Positions 29,273-39,818 are shown, numbered from the stretch's first letter. The stretch: DNA of 64,000 bases from Candidatus Pacearchaeota archaeon (GCA_026395795.1 JAPLYB010000040.1:5464-69463); one strand, 5' to 3'. Made by a program: numbers and translations. Notes: generated by a model not told the origin, from the sequence alone.

Positions 29273-32002
29273 CTATGTTCTTGTTTGTTTGAATCCTTCT
29301 TTAATCTGTTCTTTAGTCCAGCCAGACTCTAAAAGTTCTTGTTCAATCAAGTTCTTGTCTTTTCCTTCTGCAAGGCTTGATTGAATATATCCAACAAGAC
29401 CTATCAAATCATCTGGATTAGCAAATAAACTTCCTCCAGGATTTCCATAATTCTGGCCTAATTCAAATCCTTGAGATGTATCGCCAGAACTCTTTTTTTT
29501 CCATATAAAAAGCAAAACAACAATGACTGCAATAAAAATGACCGCTGCAACTATAATCGGAAGGACGATGCCTGGCTCGCCAGTTCCTCCACCGCCATTA
29601 TTTCCTCCAACATTCAAGGTGCTGAATTCAGGGGATGCATAGAACACAATTTGTGAAAAGTCCTGTGAAGAGGGGATTGCTAGGTTCATCACTTGACTTT
29701 GAGTCAAAGTTATTCCAAGAGCATCACTAAATTCATGGAATTGTAAGTTTTCTTGGGATTTTATCTGTTGTCTAGTAGTTCCAGAAGGTATATTCAAAAC
29801 AAAATAAATATTTTGTGAAGTAGACGGAGAAACTCTTATTATCATCAAACTTATTTCTTGAGTCAATCCATCATCAAATGTAACTCTTTTATTACTCCCG
29901 CCAAGTCTGTAATTAATATCTCCCTGCCAGTTTCCTATTGCATTCTTATACTTATCTTCTAAACTTGAATCATAAAATCCTGCCCCTATATCACTTAAAT
30001 GACTTAAATCAATCTGATCGATATCAGGGAAGTATGTGCTTTCTTGAAAAACAAGCGTGTCATTTATTGCAACAGGAATTTTTAATTCATCAAGTTGTGT
30101 CTTCAAAGCATTAAGATTAGCAGAAGGATTTGTTAACTGAGATTCAATATAACTCAATGCTGCACTGATTTGACTCGCATTATATATCAAATCTTTATAC
30201 CACAAAGAGCTAATTTGGCTTCCGATGCTGTTATACGCACTTTTTTTCTGCATAAGACTTTGATTGACGGTGTCTATTGAGAGAGAAGCATTCACAACAA
30301 AGGTTCCAGTTGCAGTTAATCCAGCAGAATCAGTCACCTTAACAACAAGATTGTGCGGTCCTTCACTATAAGAATGGCTTGCTTCAGGAATAATTGTAGT
30401 CTCACTAGGCGTTCCATCCCAACCCCAGTTATATGATACAATCGGTGTTCCAGCATTTTGTACAGTAACACGAAAAAGAGTGTTGACATTCGGAGCTACA
30501 TTTAGAGGAGTCACGCTTTGCACAACAGGAACACTTGCTACTTTAAAATTGATTATTTGAGATAATGTTCCACTTATGTTTAAACTAAGATGATATACCG
30601 CATTGCTTTGTTCAGGAGCAGTAACATTCATTGCCTTGAATGGAAGTGATTGCTTAGTCATATTTATCTTGGGTTGGGTAACACCAACCTCATAAAGCAA
30701 CTTGCTAGATGATGGTCCCGTAAATTCGGGTTGAAATTCTAATAATAAATTGTTTAGTATTAGGGTTTGTGTAGTTAATGATCTAATCTTCATGGGGATT
30801 ACACACTCATTAGTGCAATTTCCCCCATATCTTGTGTCAATATAATTTTGTATATAAGGTAAAAGCCCAAGCCCATTCTTCCCTATCGTGTTAGTTTCAT
30901 TGAATATTATGTCATCATCAAAGACCGCAAATTTTGCTTCTTTCACATATATTCCATAATCTTCAACAAAATTTTGTGTTGGGGGCGTTCCATAAAATCC
31001 ACATACGGGTGAATGAGACTCTTTTTGTATTTCATACTTTGGTGTAGCAATGTAATGCGAAAGTTTAACACAAACAAAGTAATCACCAGCATGATCAATG
31101 TAAAAGTTGGTTGGTTCTCCAGATTCATCAATACCGATGTCACAACTTACATTTGTAAATGATAAATCCTCTACACTCGTGTTACAATTTCCTTTCTTAT
31201 TTCCCTGTGCATCCCATACAGAAAAATCAATATCATTCTCACCAGAAGGATCTCCCTGAGAGACTCTCAACAAAACAGAGACTTCGAGTAAAGCTGTTTT
31301 ATTTAGTTTAATTTTTTCACAATATGACGTTGTTGTTAATTGAGATGATTGAGTTGCATAAAGAGGATCAAAACAGGAACTTAATCTGGGCTCACCACAC
31401 CAGGAATTATCTATGGCATGATCATATTCGAACTCGCTACTTCCATCGTCTAATAAATCAACTTTAAAAGGAGATTCTCCGCAGACACCTTCCCCTACAT
31501 TTCCAATTCCAGTTACTTCAAAACTCAAATCCACAATTTGGGGGTGCATTCCATTAACCTTTAATCCCAAATATCTTTCTTCATTTCCAAGAGAGAGTAT
31601 CTTCTCTTCTTCGCCACTAGTCGCAGTGTACACTGCAATACAGTCCTGCGAGCAATTGAATATAGCACTAGCATTTCTTAAAAAATCAACAAGAAACATT
31701 TCTTTAACAATAGACCCGGGGTTGATTGTCGCCGTTACGATTGCATCAGCAGGATGATTTGTTAAAGAAAAATTAACAAATCCTTCAAGTACGCTCCCTG
31801 CAGCAAATCCCGATTGGCTTAAATTAAAAAAAGGATCTCCTTTTCCAACAGTTGCTGAACTTAAGTTAATAGATAAAACAGATAAAAAAAGCAGAGATAA
31901 TATTAAGAAAACAGACCATGAGATTCTATAATATAATCTATATCTATTTCTTATAAGACTTTCTTTAATTTTCATACTAGCCTCTTTTTCTAACATAAAC
32001 AT
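29273..32002 (-). CDS. type I membrane-anchored surface protein (909 aa) with PKD-like domain
   Basis: N-terminal TM, PKD-like block VSYNWGWDGTPSE...YSEGPHNLVVKVTDSAGLTATG, C-terminal TM IVLPIIVAAVIFIAVIVVLLFIW + KKK. Confidence 0.5.
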   Translation of the reverse strand: MFMLEKEASMKIKESLIRNRYRLYYRISWSVFLILSLLFLSVLSINLSSATVGKGDPFFNLSQSGFAAGSVLEGFVNFSLTNHPADAIVTATINPGSIVKEMFLVDFLRNASAIFNCSQDCIAVYTATSGEEEKILSLGNEERYLGLKVNGMHPQIVDLSFEVTGIGNVGEGVCGESPFKVDLLDDGSSEFEYDHAIDNSWCGEPRLSSCFDPLYATQSSQLTTTSYCEKIKLNKTALLEVSVLLRVSQGDPSGENDIDFSVWDAQGNKKGNCNTSVEDLSFTNVSCDIGIDESGEPTNFYIDHAGDYFVCVKLSHYIATPKYEIQKESHSPVCGFYGTPPTQNFVEDYGIYVKEAKFAVFDDDIIFNETNTIGKNGLGLLPYIQNYIDTRYGGNCTNECVIPMKIRSLTTQTLILNNLLLEFQPEFTGPSSSKLLYEVGVTQPKINMTKQSLPFKAMNVTAPEQSNAVYHLSLNISGTLSQIINFKVASVPVVQSVTPLNVAPNVNTLFRVTVQNAGTPIVSYNWGWDGTPSETTIIPEASHSYSEGPHNLVVKVTDSAGLTATGTFVVNASLSIDTVNQSLMQKKSAYNSIGSQISSLWYKDLIYNASQISAALSYIESQLTNPSANLNALKTQLDELKIPVAINDTLVFQESTYFPDIDQIDLSHLSDIGAGFYDSSLEDKYKNAIGNWQGDINYRLGGSNKRVTFDDGLTQEISLMIIRVSPSTSQNIYFVLNIPSGTTRQQIKSQENLQFHEFSDALGITLTQSQVMNLAIPSSQDFSQIVFYASPEFSTLNVGGNNGGGGTGEPGIVLPIIVAAVIFIAVIVVLLFIWKKKSSGDTSQGFELGQNYGNPGGSLFANPDDLIGLVGYIQSSLAEGKDKNLIEQELLESGWTKEQIKEGFKQTRT

Positions 32003-32148
32003 AATTTAATAATATAAAAACTCTTCGATTTCTTGAATTAATAAGTTATCATATTATTAATATTAACTGATTTGATTATTGACCTTAGTTTTTTGTGATA
32101 TCTTTTAATCTAGTCTTATTTTATTCCTCTTATTGTATCTCTAATTAT

Positions 32149-35100
32149 TTATATTATATTTATAATTCTTTTTTTCTTCTTGATAATAAAAAATGAATAA
32201 TACGCAGCAAGCAATCCCAAGACAATTAATATTTGCCAAGGTGCAAAGAAAGGCATCCTCTCAGTCTCAACTCCGCATCTCACACATGAAGTTTGATCTG
32301 GTAAAAAGCAAGTTCCAGGATTTGTTGCATTACTATATTGATAAATCACCATCTTTTTATTTGTTCCACATGCTCCGATGCTACATTCTTCAACTGTAAG
32401 ATTAAGTGTACACGCTTGTGAACCACCACTACCGCCTCCTGAAGACAAATTAAAGCTTAGTTGGCATGCATTTGCCTTCCAAATACAGTTACAATCGTAC
32501 GCACCAGAAGGTGCTCCTGGACATCCTGATCCGATTTCGCAGGCATCCTGAAGAGGAGATGTTGTTTTTTCACATGCACTTCTGTTAATATAATTACTAC
32601 AAGATATTGGTGTTCCGTTTACCGCAAAACAACGTTCACAATGATAAGAGTCATTAAGCGGGGGATTTCTTCCCAAATCCCAGAAGCAAGTGAATTGGTT
32701 GTTGTTACCTTGACAATTGCCAGGAGAATTGCTATGTAGCATATCATGACAAACATCAATCCCTCCCCCAGCACATTTATTATAGTTTTGTTTAGTTGGA
32801 TCTGTTATGCATGTTCCATGTGCAGAATTGCATGTACAACCATGACTATCACAAGCAAACATAAATCTGCCATGAGTCGCGCTCTCTGCTTCACAAAAAC
32901 GCCCAGTTCCGTCACCAATGCAAGATCCACAAAGAGTTCCATCATCACAAAAACAAGGTCGATTGCCAGAAGATTGATAAATTCCGTTGAAAATGTATAT
33001 TCCATTTCCAGTTAAGCTGAAACTTATGTTTCCAGGAGTTGTGTAATATGAAGCCACGTTTCTAAATTCTATAGTAAATACAGCAGGCCATCCAAAATTT
33101 CCATCATACTCATATTTTGTTTCATTATTTCCAGAGGCAACTATTCTAGATTCGTTCCAAATTCTTATAAGGGCATTTATGAATTCCCCCTCTTCGTTTC
33201 TTGCAAATACAATAATTGTTGCATTGTTCATAGGATCTTTTGTATAAATCCCAGTATAGTTTGTGTCTTCTATTAGATTAAGTAAGATATCAGATGGTTT
33301 ATACCAAGGTGAAGCATCTCCAAAAGAAATGTTTTCCCATCCAGACTCAGTCATTTTCCATTTAGGCGTTTTCCCCCAAGGAGTTCCATTTACAGAGACT
33401 GCCCCATTTATTGTAAAGTTTTCACACTTTCCATTTAGATTTTCATCTCCACAAGTGTATAAAGAAAGGTTAAACATAAACGGCACCGGTGCTCCTGCAA
33501 AAACAAATGTGCCAAAACTTCCAATCTTTTCTCCAATCTGATTTGCAGAATTTGTTCCATTATATAATGCCGCTTTTGTAACATTCATGTCTCTGCCAGC
33601 ACATTTCTGAGAAATAGACGAGATTGTCCAATTTGAATAGAAAGATCCCCCAAATCCAGGGCCATATGTTTTACGGATATAAGTAGAATTTCTTAAAGAT
33701 ACTTTACAAGGATCCCCATTGGGGTGTTCTGGATCTAGAATTTCAGTTGCATTCAATTCTATCTTATTGACTTTATCAGGAGTGCATGCAGTCATATTTT
33801 CAACAGAAATATTTATCGTGATATTATTCCCAACTTTACAACTTCCAGACTCACCAGTACAATATATATCCAGGATATTTGCATTTGTTATATTGCAGAC
33901 AAATCTAGATAATCCACAAGTCTTTGTACATCCAGTTGTTCCAGTATCATTCCAGCCATCTGGCTTGTCACAGAAGTTGTTGTCTCCTGTACTGCCGAAC
34001 CAATCAGGGAAATAATCACCTGAAAGAAAATCAATGTACGTATTATTGCAGATTTTATTATTATTTATTGTTGATTTTGAAAGTATAGAGCGTATTCCAC
34101 TGCTTCCAGCATTAATTATTGTGTTGTTCAGAATAGAATTATTCATTGCATTCCTTAGATAAATTCCTGAACCAAAACTATTATTGATGATATTGTTAAA
34201 TATAATATTATTGCTTCCACCAAGCAAGAGGCCATAATAAAAATGATTGATTATACAATTCTTAACAGTAGCATTTGATGTACCGTGAAAATCAATCGCT
34301 CCTCCTTGAGTATAGAATCCTCTAGTCCCATTAATAGTGTGTCCCTGACAATCAAAGACCTTGTTGTTAAAAGAATAATCAAGGCACCTTTCATCATTTG
34401 TGTTTATGTTGCTAGTTAAATTCACAGTGATGCAAGAGGGATCAGTCAAATTTTGTTTACAGCCAAGACAGCTATTGCAGATGCATATTCTTGGTTGCTG
34501 ATTATTTGTACATCCTGAAAGATCATAACTCAAACAATCAGAATGACAAGATAAACTCCCCCCCGTGTAACCGAAATCCAAACAGGTTTTTCCAGAAAGG
34601 TTTGATCCATCACAAATCTCTAGAGGTTCAATGATATTATTTCCGCATACCGGCCCAGGCAATGGAGAAACAATAAGAGTATTTTTCTCTGATTCAACAA
34701 GACTGCCTATTTCTCGTATTAACGCAACACAACTCCAGATATAACTCTCTTGTTGACCTGTTTTAGGCAGGATAACATTCTCAAAAACATTTTCCTCTAG
34801 ACCAGGAGAGATTATTCTTTCTGCATGTCTCCCTCCTCCCCAAGAACCATAAAGGGTAACATAAGTTGGAGGTTCATTTATTCCGTAAACATCGCATTTA
34901 AAGTCGGTTGGCGTTCCTTCCAAAACCCGAGTATTATTTTCTGGAGAGATTAATACCACGATTGGATTTGTTATTTCAACGCATGCCCCGTTTCGACAGA
35001 CTTTTTTAGTTCCACAATCTTCTTTATGGTTGCCCCCGCAACCATTACAATCGTAGACTTTGTTATTTTTGCAAGTTTTATAAGAATCTAATTTGCCAGT

Positions 35101-36111
35101 ACAATCAATAGCTTCTTTTGATAAACCAACAAACAAACATTCATTGCCCAGAGGAAAAAAAGTATTTTTTAAAGATGGATCAAAATTGCTGCCTGTCTCT
35201 GGATTAATTGAGCATCTATAGCCCTGAGAACCATATAATGAAAGACAAGAATTAAGTATGCGGGTTGGACTATACAAACATTGGAAATTGCCTTTACCAT
35301 TACAGTCTACTTTATTCTGATCACATCCATTGCCTGAAGAATCTTGCAATTGCATGCATGTGGCTCGATCAGCAACAAATGCCTTATCATAATCAATATA
35401 ATTGCCTTTTATGGTATTGCCCATAGCACCATCATCTCTTAAAACAATTCCCACTCCTCCCTGACCAGGAGTTTGTTTTATAACGTTGTAACTCACAATA
35501 TTGTTATCTGCTTTTGAACCCCAAAGATAAATTCCACGGTATTTTGCATTTATAATTAAATTCCGTATTATATTTGTGTTAACACAATCTACTAGAAAAA
35601 TTCCATTTTCTCCAGCATCGGTTATTTTGTTTTGAGTAATTAAATATCCCCCTTTCTCACAGGATGTAATTTGGATGCCGTGCATTTTAGAATCACTAAT
35701 AACATTATTTTCAATAGTCACATTTGGACTTTGCCCATTATTAATATAAATACCAACATCCCATCCCTGCAAGGAACAATTTTTAATGGCAACATCATTA
35801 GAATATATCCACACACCCGCATTTGACTTAGTATAACCCCCATATATGATAGAATGCCCTTGACAATCCAACATTCTTGGACAAGGGTCATACAGTGAAT
35901 GTACCGTAATCCCATAATCAACCTCGGATCCGCAATTTAAATTTCTAGTAAGGTAATTTCTCCCACAACCAAGTTCAAAATGGCATCCTGTAACTTCTGT
36001 ATCTGCTAACACAATCACAATATTGTTAATAAAAATCACAACCAATAATACAAAAACAAATGAAGCAAAAACAGATAATTTTGACGCCTTTTTCCTTTCC
36101 TCTTTTACCAT
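32149..36111 (-). CDS. giant (1320 aa) surface protein with right-handed parallel beta-helix (PbH1/NosD-like) repeats, Cys-rich modules and C-terminal TM anchor
   Basis: Repeated ...NN.I..N.I.....GI.. beta-helix-like repeats, N-terminal TM, C-terminal FAPWQILIVLGLLAAYYSFFII + KKKKR. Confidence 0.55.
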   Translation of the reverse strand: MVKEERKKASKLSVFASFVFVLLVVIFINNIVIVLADTEVTGCHFELGCGRNYLTRNLNCGSEVDYGITVHSLYDPCPRMLDCQGHSIIYGGYTKSNAGVWIYSNDVAIKNCSLQGWDVGIYINNGQSPNVTIENNVISDSKMHGIQITSCEKGGYLITQNKITDAGENGIFLVDCVNTNIIRNLIINAKYRGIYLWGSKADNNIVSYNVIKQTPGQGGVGIVLRDDGAMGNTIKGNYIDYDKAFVADRATCMQLQDSSGNGCDQNKVDCNGKGNFQCLYSPTRILNSCLSLYGSQGYRCSINPETGSNFDPSLKNTFFPLGNECLFVGLSKEAIDCTGKLDSYKTCKNNKVYDCNGCGGNHKEDCGTKKVCRNGACVEITNPIVVLISPENNTRVLEGTPTDFKCDVYGINEPPTYVTLYGSWGGGRHAERIISPGLEENVFENVILPKTGQQESYIWSCVALIREIGSLVESEKNTLIVSPLPGPVCGNNIIEPLEICDGSNLSGKTCLDFGYTGGSLSCHSDCLSYDLSGCTNNQQPRICICNSCLGCKQNLTDPSCITVNLTSNINTNDERCLDYSFNNKVFDCQGHTINGTRGFYTQGGAIDFHGTSNATVKNCIINHFYYGLLLGGSNNIIFNNIINNSFGSGIYLRNAMNNSILNNTIINAGSSGIRSILSKSTINNNKICNNTYIDFLSGDYFPDWFGSTGDNNFCDKPDGWNDTGTTGCTKTCGLSRFVCNITNANILDIYCTGESGSCKVGNNITINISVENMTACTPDKVNKIELNATEILDPEHPNGDPCKVSLRNSTYIRKTYGPGFGGSFYSNWTISSISQKCAGRDMNVTKAALYNGTNSANQIGEKIGSFGTFVFAGAPVPFMFNLSLYTCGDENLNGKCENFTINGAVSVNGTPWGKTPKWKMTESGWENISFGDASPWYKPSDILLNLIEDTNYTGIYTKDPMNNATIIVFARNEEGEFINALIRIWNESRIVASGNNETKYEYDGNFGWPAVFTIEFRNVASYYTTPGNISFSLTGNGIYIFNGIYQSSGNRPCFCDDGTLCGSCIGDGTGRFCEAESATHGRFMFACDSHGCTCNSAHGTCITDPTKQNYNKCAGGGIDVCHDMLHSNSPGNCQGNNNQFTCFWDLGRNPPLNDSYHCERCFAVNGTPISCSNYINRSACEKTTSPLQDACEIGSGCPGAPSGAYDCNCIWKANACQLSFNLSSGGGSGGSQACTLNLTVEECSIGACGTNKKMVIYQYSNATNPGTCFLPDQTSCVRCGVETERMPFFAPWQILIVLGLLAAYYSFFIIKKKKRIINII

Positions 36112-36151
36112 CTTTCTTATAAGAATAAAGGGTTTATAAAAATGACGAAAA
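36098..36151. repeat. 54-bp direct repeat copy 1 (promoter + first 5 codons of giant gene 32149..36111)
   Basis: Identical 54-mer tcctcttttaccatctttcttataagaataaagggtttataaaaatgacgaaaa also at 37444..37497. Confidence 0.9.
36128..36141 (-). promoter_or_regulatory. archaeal BRE/TATA-like element (TTTATAAACCCT on coding strand) ~25-30 nt upstream of giant-gene ATG
   Basis: Same motif recurs upstream of ORFs at 37357, 53781 and 57149. Confidence 0.4.
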
Positions 36152-36252
36152 TCAAAAGATTTTCGGACATGCAGAAAAATCTCATTTTTCTAGCATTTAT
36201 ATTTTTTACCAATTAACAGAAATTAATATGACAAAAATCTCGCACAATGAAT

Positions 36253-36504
36253 TCACACTTCCCAAACAGTTTCTTTCTCATTTATCTTTTCAAAAACTTT
36301 TTTTATATCTACTATTTCTATAGTCTTTTTACCATTGATAGCTGCCTCTTTTGCCAAAAGTTCGATTATTTTAATTATGAATTCATTAAAATACTTGTTT
36401 AAAGATTCTGCTGCTTTTTTCTTTATTCGTATATCTTTCTTATGAATCCTGCTTAAAACATTCCTTTTAATTAACAGATTATTTAAATTTTCTTTATTTT
36501 TCAT
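36253..36504 (-). CDS. small hypothetical protein (83 aa) in HEPN/MNT cassette
   Basis: ORF immediately downstream of the MNT gene on the same strand. Confidence 0.3.
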   Translation of the reverse strand: MKNKENLNNLLIKRNVLSRIHKKDIRIKKKAAESLNKYFNEFIIKIIELLAKEAAINGKKTIEIVDIKKVFEKINEKETVWEV

Positions 36505-36510
36505 TTTTAA

Positions 36511-37065
36511 TTAATGCATTAGAATGTAACTTTTCTTATATTTTATTTTAAGATTATTAAAAAATTCTTCGAATAAACTATCTGCAAAAATAGGAACAGT
36601 AAATGCTTGATTAACAATCCACTCGCCATTGTTTTTTTTAACCATTCCAGGTTTTCCCTTTTTTCCTCTTAAAGCATTAACAACTTTGACTTTATTTGAA
36701 GCAGATAAAGAAGATAAACTATAAGAGAATAAAACTCTGCTTGAAAATTTTAAATTTTCAGACAAAGATTTTTTGTTTTTTATGCTATATCCCTCTCTTA
36801 AAAGAGCATTTATTAATAAATGCGGATTAATAAAAAAGTCTTTTGCAGTAACAACGCTAATATGGAATTGATCAATCTTCTGTATATTATCCAGTATATC
36901 CCTTGTAGGAGAATGATAAAACAAGACAGCAAGATCTATATCTCTTGGAAGAGATTTGCCTTTTACAGCAGATCCAAACACAATTAAGTCTATTACTTCT
37001 TTATTACTAAGTAAAAAACCCAATTTATTTTTTATTTTTGATATAATCTCTGATTTCATAAGCAT
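36511..37065 (-). CDS. minimal nucleotidyltransferase (MNT)
   Basis: LIVFGSAVKGKSLPRDIDLAVL motif (GS...D.D). Confidence 0.6.
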   Translation of the reverse strand: MLMKSEIISKIKNKLGFLLSNKEVIDLIVFGSAVKGKSLPRDIDLAVLFYHSPTRDILDNIQKIDQFHISVVTAKDFFINPHLLINALLREGYSIKNKKSLSENLKFSSRVLFSYSLSSLSASNKVKVVNALRGKKGKPGMVKKNNGEWIVNQAFTVPIFADSLFEEFFNNLKIKYKKSYILMH

Positions 37066-37357
37066 ATTTTTTCAGATTTAAACCATCTGTTTTATTTAAT
37101 TTTTGATTATATGACTGGGTGTAGGTTTTGAATAAACTAGAAATTTTGTTATAAATTTCTTTAAAATGAGTATTCAATAAAGAAAATCGATCTACATGAT
37201 TTTTAGGCAAAATTTTAATTTCTTTATAAATTAAGTAATCACAAAAAATAACAATTGCTTTAAAAAAATCAGAAACAGCAACATTAAATCTGTTTTTTTC
37301 TAAATTTTCTTCACCAGATTTTAAAAATTCTTCAGCAGTGTTTAATAAATCTTCCAT
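37025..37357 (-). CDS. HEPN-domain protein
   Basis: 110 aa helical protein upstream-overlapping the MNT gene; NVAVSDFFKAIVIFCDYLIY region HEPN-like. Confidence 0.45.
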   Translation of the reverse strand: MEDLLNTAEEFLKSGEENLEKNRFNVAVSDFFKAIVIFCDYLIYKEIKILPKNHVDRFSLLNTHFKEIYNKISSLFKTYTQSYNQKLNKTDGLNLKKYAYEIRDYIKNKK

Positions 37358-37443
37358 TAATATATTAATCTATTTTGCTATTTATAAACTTTTCGGTTAA
37401 TGCATTAATCGGATAGGTCTAAGTGCTCACTCGCTTCTTCCGA

Positions 37444-37497
37444 TCCTCTTTTACCATCTTTCTTATAAGAATAAAGGGTTTATAAAAATGACGAAAA
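37444..37497. repeat. 54-bp direct repeat copy 2, followed by a degenerate remnant of the giant-gene N-terminus (MVKEDRKKRVST*)
   Basis: Identical to 36098..36151; the minus-strand reading downstream continues with diverged homology to MVKEERKKASKLS. Confidence 0.9.
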
Positions 37498-37532
37498 CTT
37501 AGATGGGTTTATGATTGATTAAGTTATGCAAA

Positions 37533-38147
37533 TCATACAAACAATTTTATTCCAGAGATAAGCTCTACCCAGTTACAAGAATTGACTAAGACTATATGAT
37601 CTTTTAAAATTTGTTTTGCAAATCCATCTTCTTTACGAAGTGCATCAATAAAATTTTCCTTAGTAACAAACCTTATTGAAGGCTTATTCTTAATAGTTAT
37701 AAAACAGTTTTCAACTGCTTTTTCAACTTTTTTTCTGGTTTGAGTTTCTGCAATAATCAAAAGATCCAAATCACTTTCTTTGGTTTCGCTATATCTTGAA
37801 AAAGAACCAAAAACTAGTGCACAAGAGATATAATCTGAAACTTCATTTTCAAATTGAAAAAAAGGGCCTTTTAATTCTTTGTGTTTTTCTAAAAACTTTA
37901 ATCTTTTTTCTTCTTCAATTAAAGAAAAAATAATCTTTCCAGTCACACTAAACTCCGGTTTTATGATTCTTAATGGAGGTTCAATTTTTTGAGAGATTAT
38001 TTTTGCATCTAATAATTCATTGATGTATCTATACCCTATTTTTTGAGACACTTTTGCTTTTTTCAGCAAATCAGATATTCTGATATTAAAACTTTCATAA
38101 ACAATCTTCAAAAGATTATACTTCGCTTTTGAAATTGGGAATATCAT
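37533..38147 (-). CDS. nucleotidyltransferase (MNT) with N-terminal HTH
   Basis: LVFGSFSRYSETKESDLDLLII motif; N-terminal HTH-like KIGYRYINELLDAKII. Confidence 0.6.
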   Translation of the reverse strand: MIFPISKAKYNLLKIVYESFNIRISDLLKKAKVSQKIGYRYINELLDAKIISQKIEPPLRIIKPEFSVTGKIIFSLIEEEKRLKFLEKHKELKGPFFQFENEVSDYISCALVFGSFSRYSETKESDLDLLIIAETQTRKKVEKAVENCFITIKNKPSIRFVTKENFIDALRKEDGFAKQILKDHIVLVNSCNWVELISGIKLFV

Positions 38148-38653
38148 TCAAAACACCTCTTTTCTACAAAAGAAACAAATTCTTTTGTAAAATTATATAT
38201 CTTTGAAGCATCTTCTTTAGATAATTGTTTCCATTTTGTTACATCATATTGACCAATTTTTCTTAAAGAATAAGAAATTTCAAAACCGGTAAAATCAGAA
38301 AACTTTGTGCTTATCTTTCTAAGATTTTCATAAATATTTTGTGGAACTAAATCAAAATTTTTTAATGCTAAAATAGCACAAAAATGATCTTTAGAATAAA
38401 AACCTTGGAATTTAATTAGCAAAGCATTTATTGCATGATGAATGGCGTAATACGCTTTTATCACAACCCAATCCCAAGCTTCATTTTCATAATCTACCAA
38501 AATTTGAGATAGATCACTTTTAGCTTTTTCCAAATGAAGATTAAATTCTTCTTTTGAAACAAGGATATACTTTTTTAATTTTCTACAATTGCAAAATCCC
38601 TTGCTAATCGACTCTTTATTTTTTGGAAGTGTCGAAATAATATTATCTATCAT
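38144..38653 (-). CDS. HEPN-domain protein
   Basis: AYYAIHHAINALL HEPN-like helix; overlaps the downstream MNT gene start by 4 nt. Confidence 0.5.
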   Translation of the reverse strand: MIDNIISTLPKNKESISKGFCNCRKLKKYILVSKEEFNLHLEKAKSDLSQILVDYENEAWDWVVIKAYYAIHHAINALLIKFQGFYSKDHFCAILALKNFDLVPQNIYENLRKISTKFSDFTGFEISYSLRKIGQYDVTKWKQLSKEDASKIYNFTKEFVSFVEKRCFE

Positions 38654-38725
38654 GGATAATTGTGTCTATTGCGATATATAAATCTATCTATCTCAATCTA
38701 AACTTCTCTGAAGAATAAAAAATAA

Positions 38726-39481
38726 CTAAATTAAAAATTCCTTCAGCATCTCTTCTTCAGAAAAATGCATTTCGCTTGGAATTATAAGACAAAAAGGTTC
38801 TTCTGCTTCAATTTTGCCTTTTTCTATATTAGAAACAATATCTTTCATATTTCCATAAAAAATCTTTTGATTTTTAGTTCCCCCACGTGACATGATCACT
38901 ATGTTCTTATCAATAAGCTCTCCTTGCGAAGCTTCATTCAATTCTTTTATGGTTTCTTTCAAACTTAGCCCAATGTCAACAAGCACAAGAGAATGCGCTT
39001 TTATTGAAAGATTTTCTTTGATTATATCAAAAAAGCTTGTTGGTTTAAAATTATCCTGCCATTTTGGAATGCTGGTTGTCTTGCCGAATTTATAAAGCTG
39101 CAAACCAGTTTGTGAAATTGCATTGAAAACAGAAGCATTATGCAGCACCTCTGTCTTTAATCTTAACTTTCTTGCTTCCTTAAGAACAGTCATGTGTGTT
39201 GTAGCAGCGAGAGGGTCTCCATAAACAAGAATAGATGTATCAACCATCTTTGCTTCCATCAATATCTTATTTAGTTTATTTTCCATCAATTCTCTATTAG
39301 CAATAGAAATCTCTATTCTCTTCCCAACTATCTTGAACAAAAATTCTTCAAGTTCTTTCAAAGAATAGGGAAATCCGATTGTATAGGCCTCTATATAGAC
39401 TTTTTTTGATCTCTCAATTCTTTCAATAGCTTTCAGACTTAAATCATTTAAATCAAGCCCCAATCCTATTAAATACAACAT
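38726..39481 (-). CDS. dph5: diphthine synthase
   Basis: MLYLIGLGLDLNDLSLKAIERIERSKKVYIEAYT N-terminus typical of diphthine synthase; 251 aa. Confidence 0.85.
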   Translation of the reverse strand: MLYLIGLGLDLNDLSLKAIERIERSKKVYIEAYTIGFPYSLKELEEFLFKIVGKRIEISIANRELMENKLNKILMEAKMVDTSILVYGDPLAATTHMTVLKEARKLRLKTEVLHNASVFNAISQTGLQLYKFGKTTSIPKWQDNFKPTSFFDIIKENLSIKAHSLVLVDIGLSLKETIKELNEASQGELIDKNIVIMSRGGTKNQKIFYGNMKDIVSNIEKGKIEAEEPFCLIIPSEMHFSEEEMLKEFLI

Positions 39482-39494
39482 TTTGTTTCTTATC

Positions 39495-39818
39495 CTATTT
39501 TCTTACTTTTCTAGATTTGCTGGAAAACGTTCTCGTTTTCGGCATACCAAAAAACTTATGTTTTTTTAGCATTATAAAACTTGCTAGAGCAAGTAAAAAG
39601 ATAAAACCAAGTATAGACAGCAAGAACATTAGGACAATAGGTTGTCCTAAGAATCGGATCAAAGTTAAAACAATTAGTATAAAACTGACAAGAAGGATTA
39701 ACTTGAACCATTTTCTTCCTGATCGAAGTTCTTCAGGAGTAAACTTTGCGATTATCAATCCAATGGGATACCCAAGTAATGCTATAACAACTGCAAGTAT
39801 AATTTGCAACGGATTCAT
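39495..39818 (-). CDS. small membrane protein (3 TM), hypothetical
   Basis: Three clear hydrophobic helices; preferred over overlapping antisense ORF 39517..39834. Confidence 0.4.
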   Translation of the reverse strand: MNPLQIILAVVIALLGYPIGLIIAKFTPEELRSGRKWFKLILLVSFILIVLTLIRFLGQPIVLMFLLSILGFIFLLALASFIMLKKHKFFGMPKTRTFSSKSRKVRK

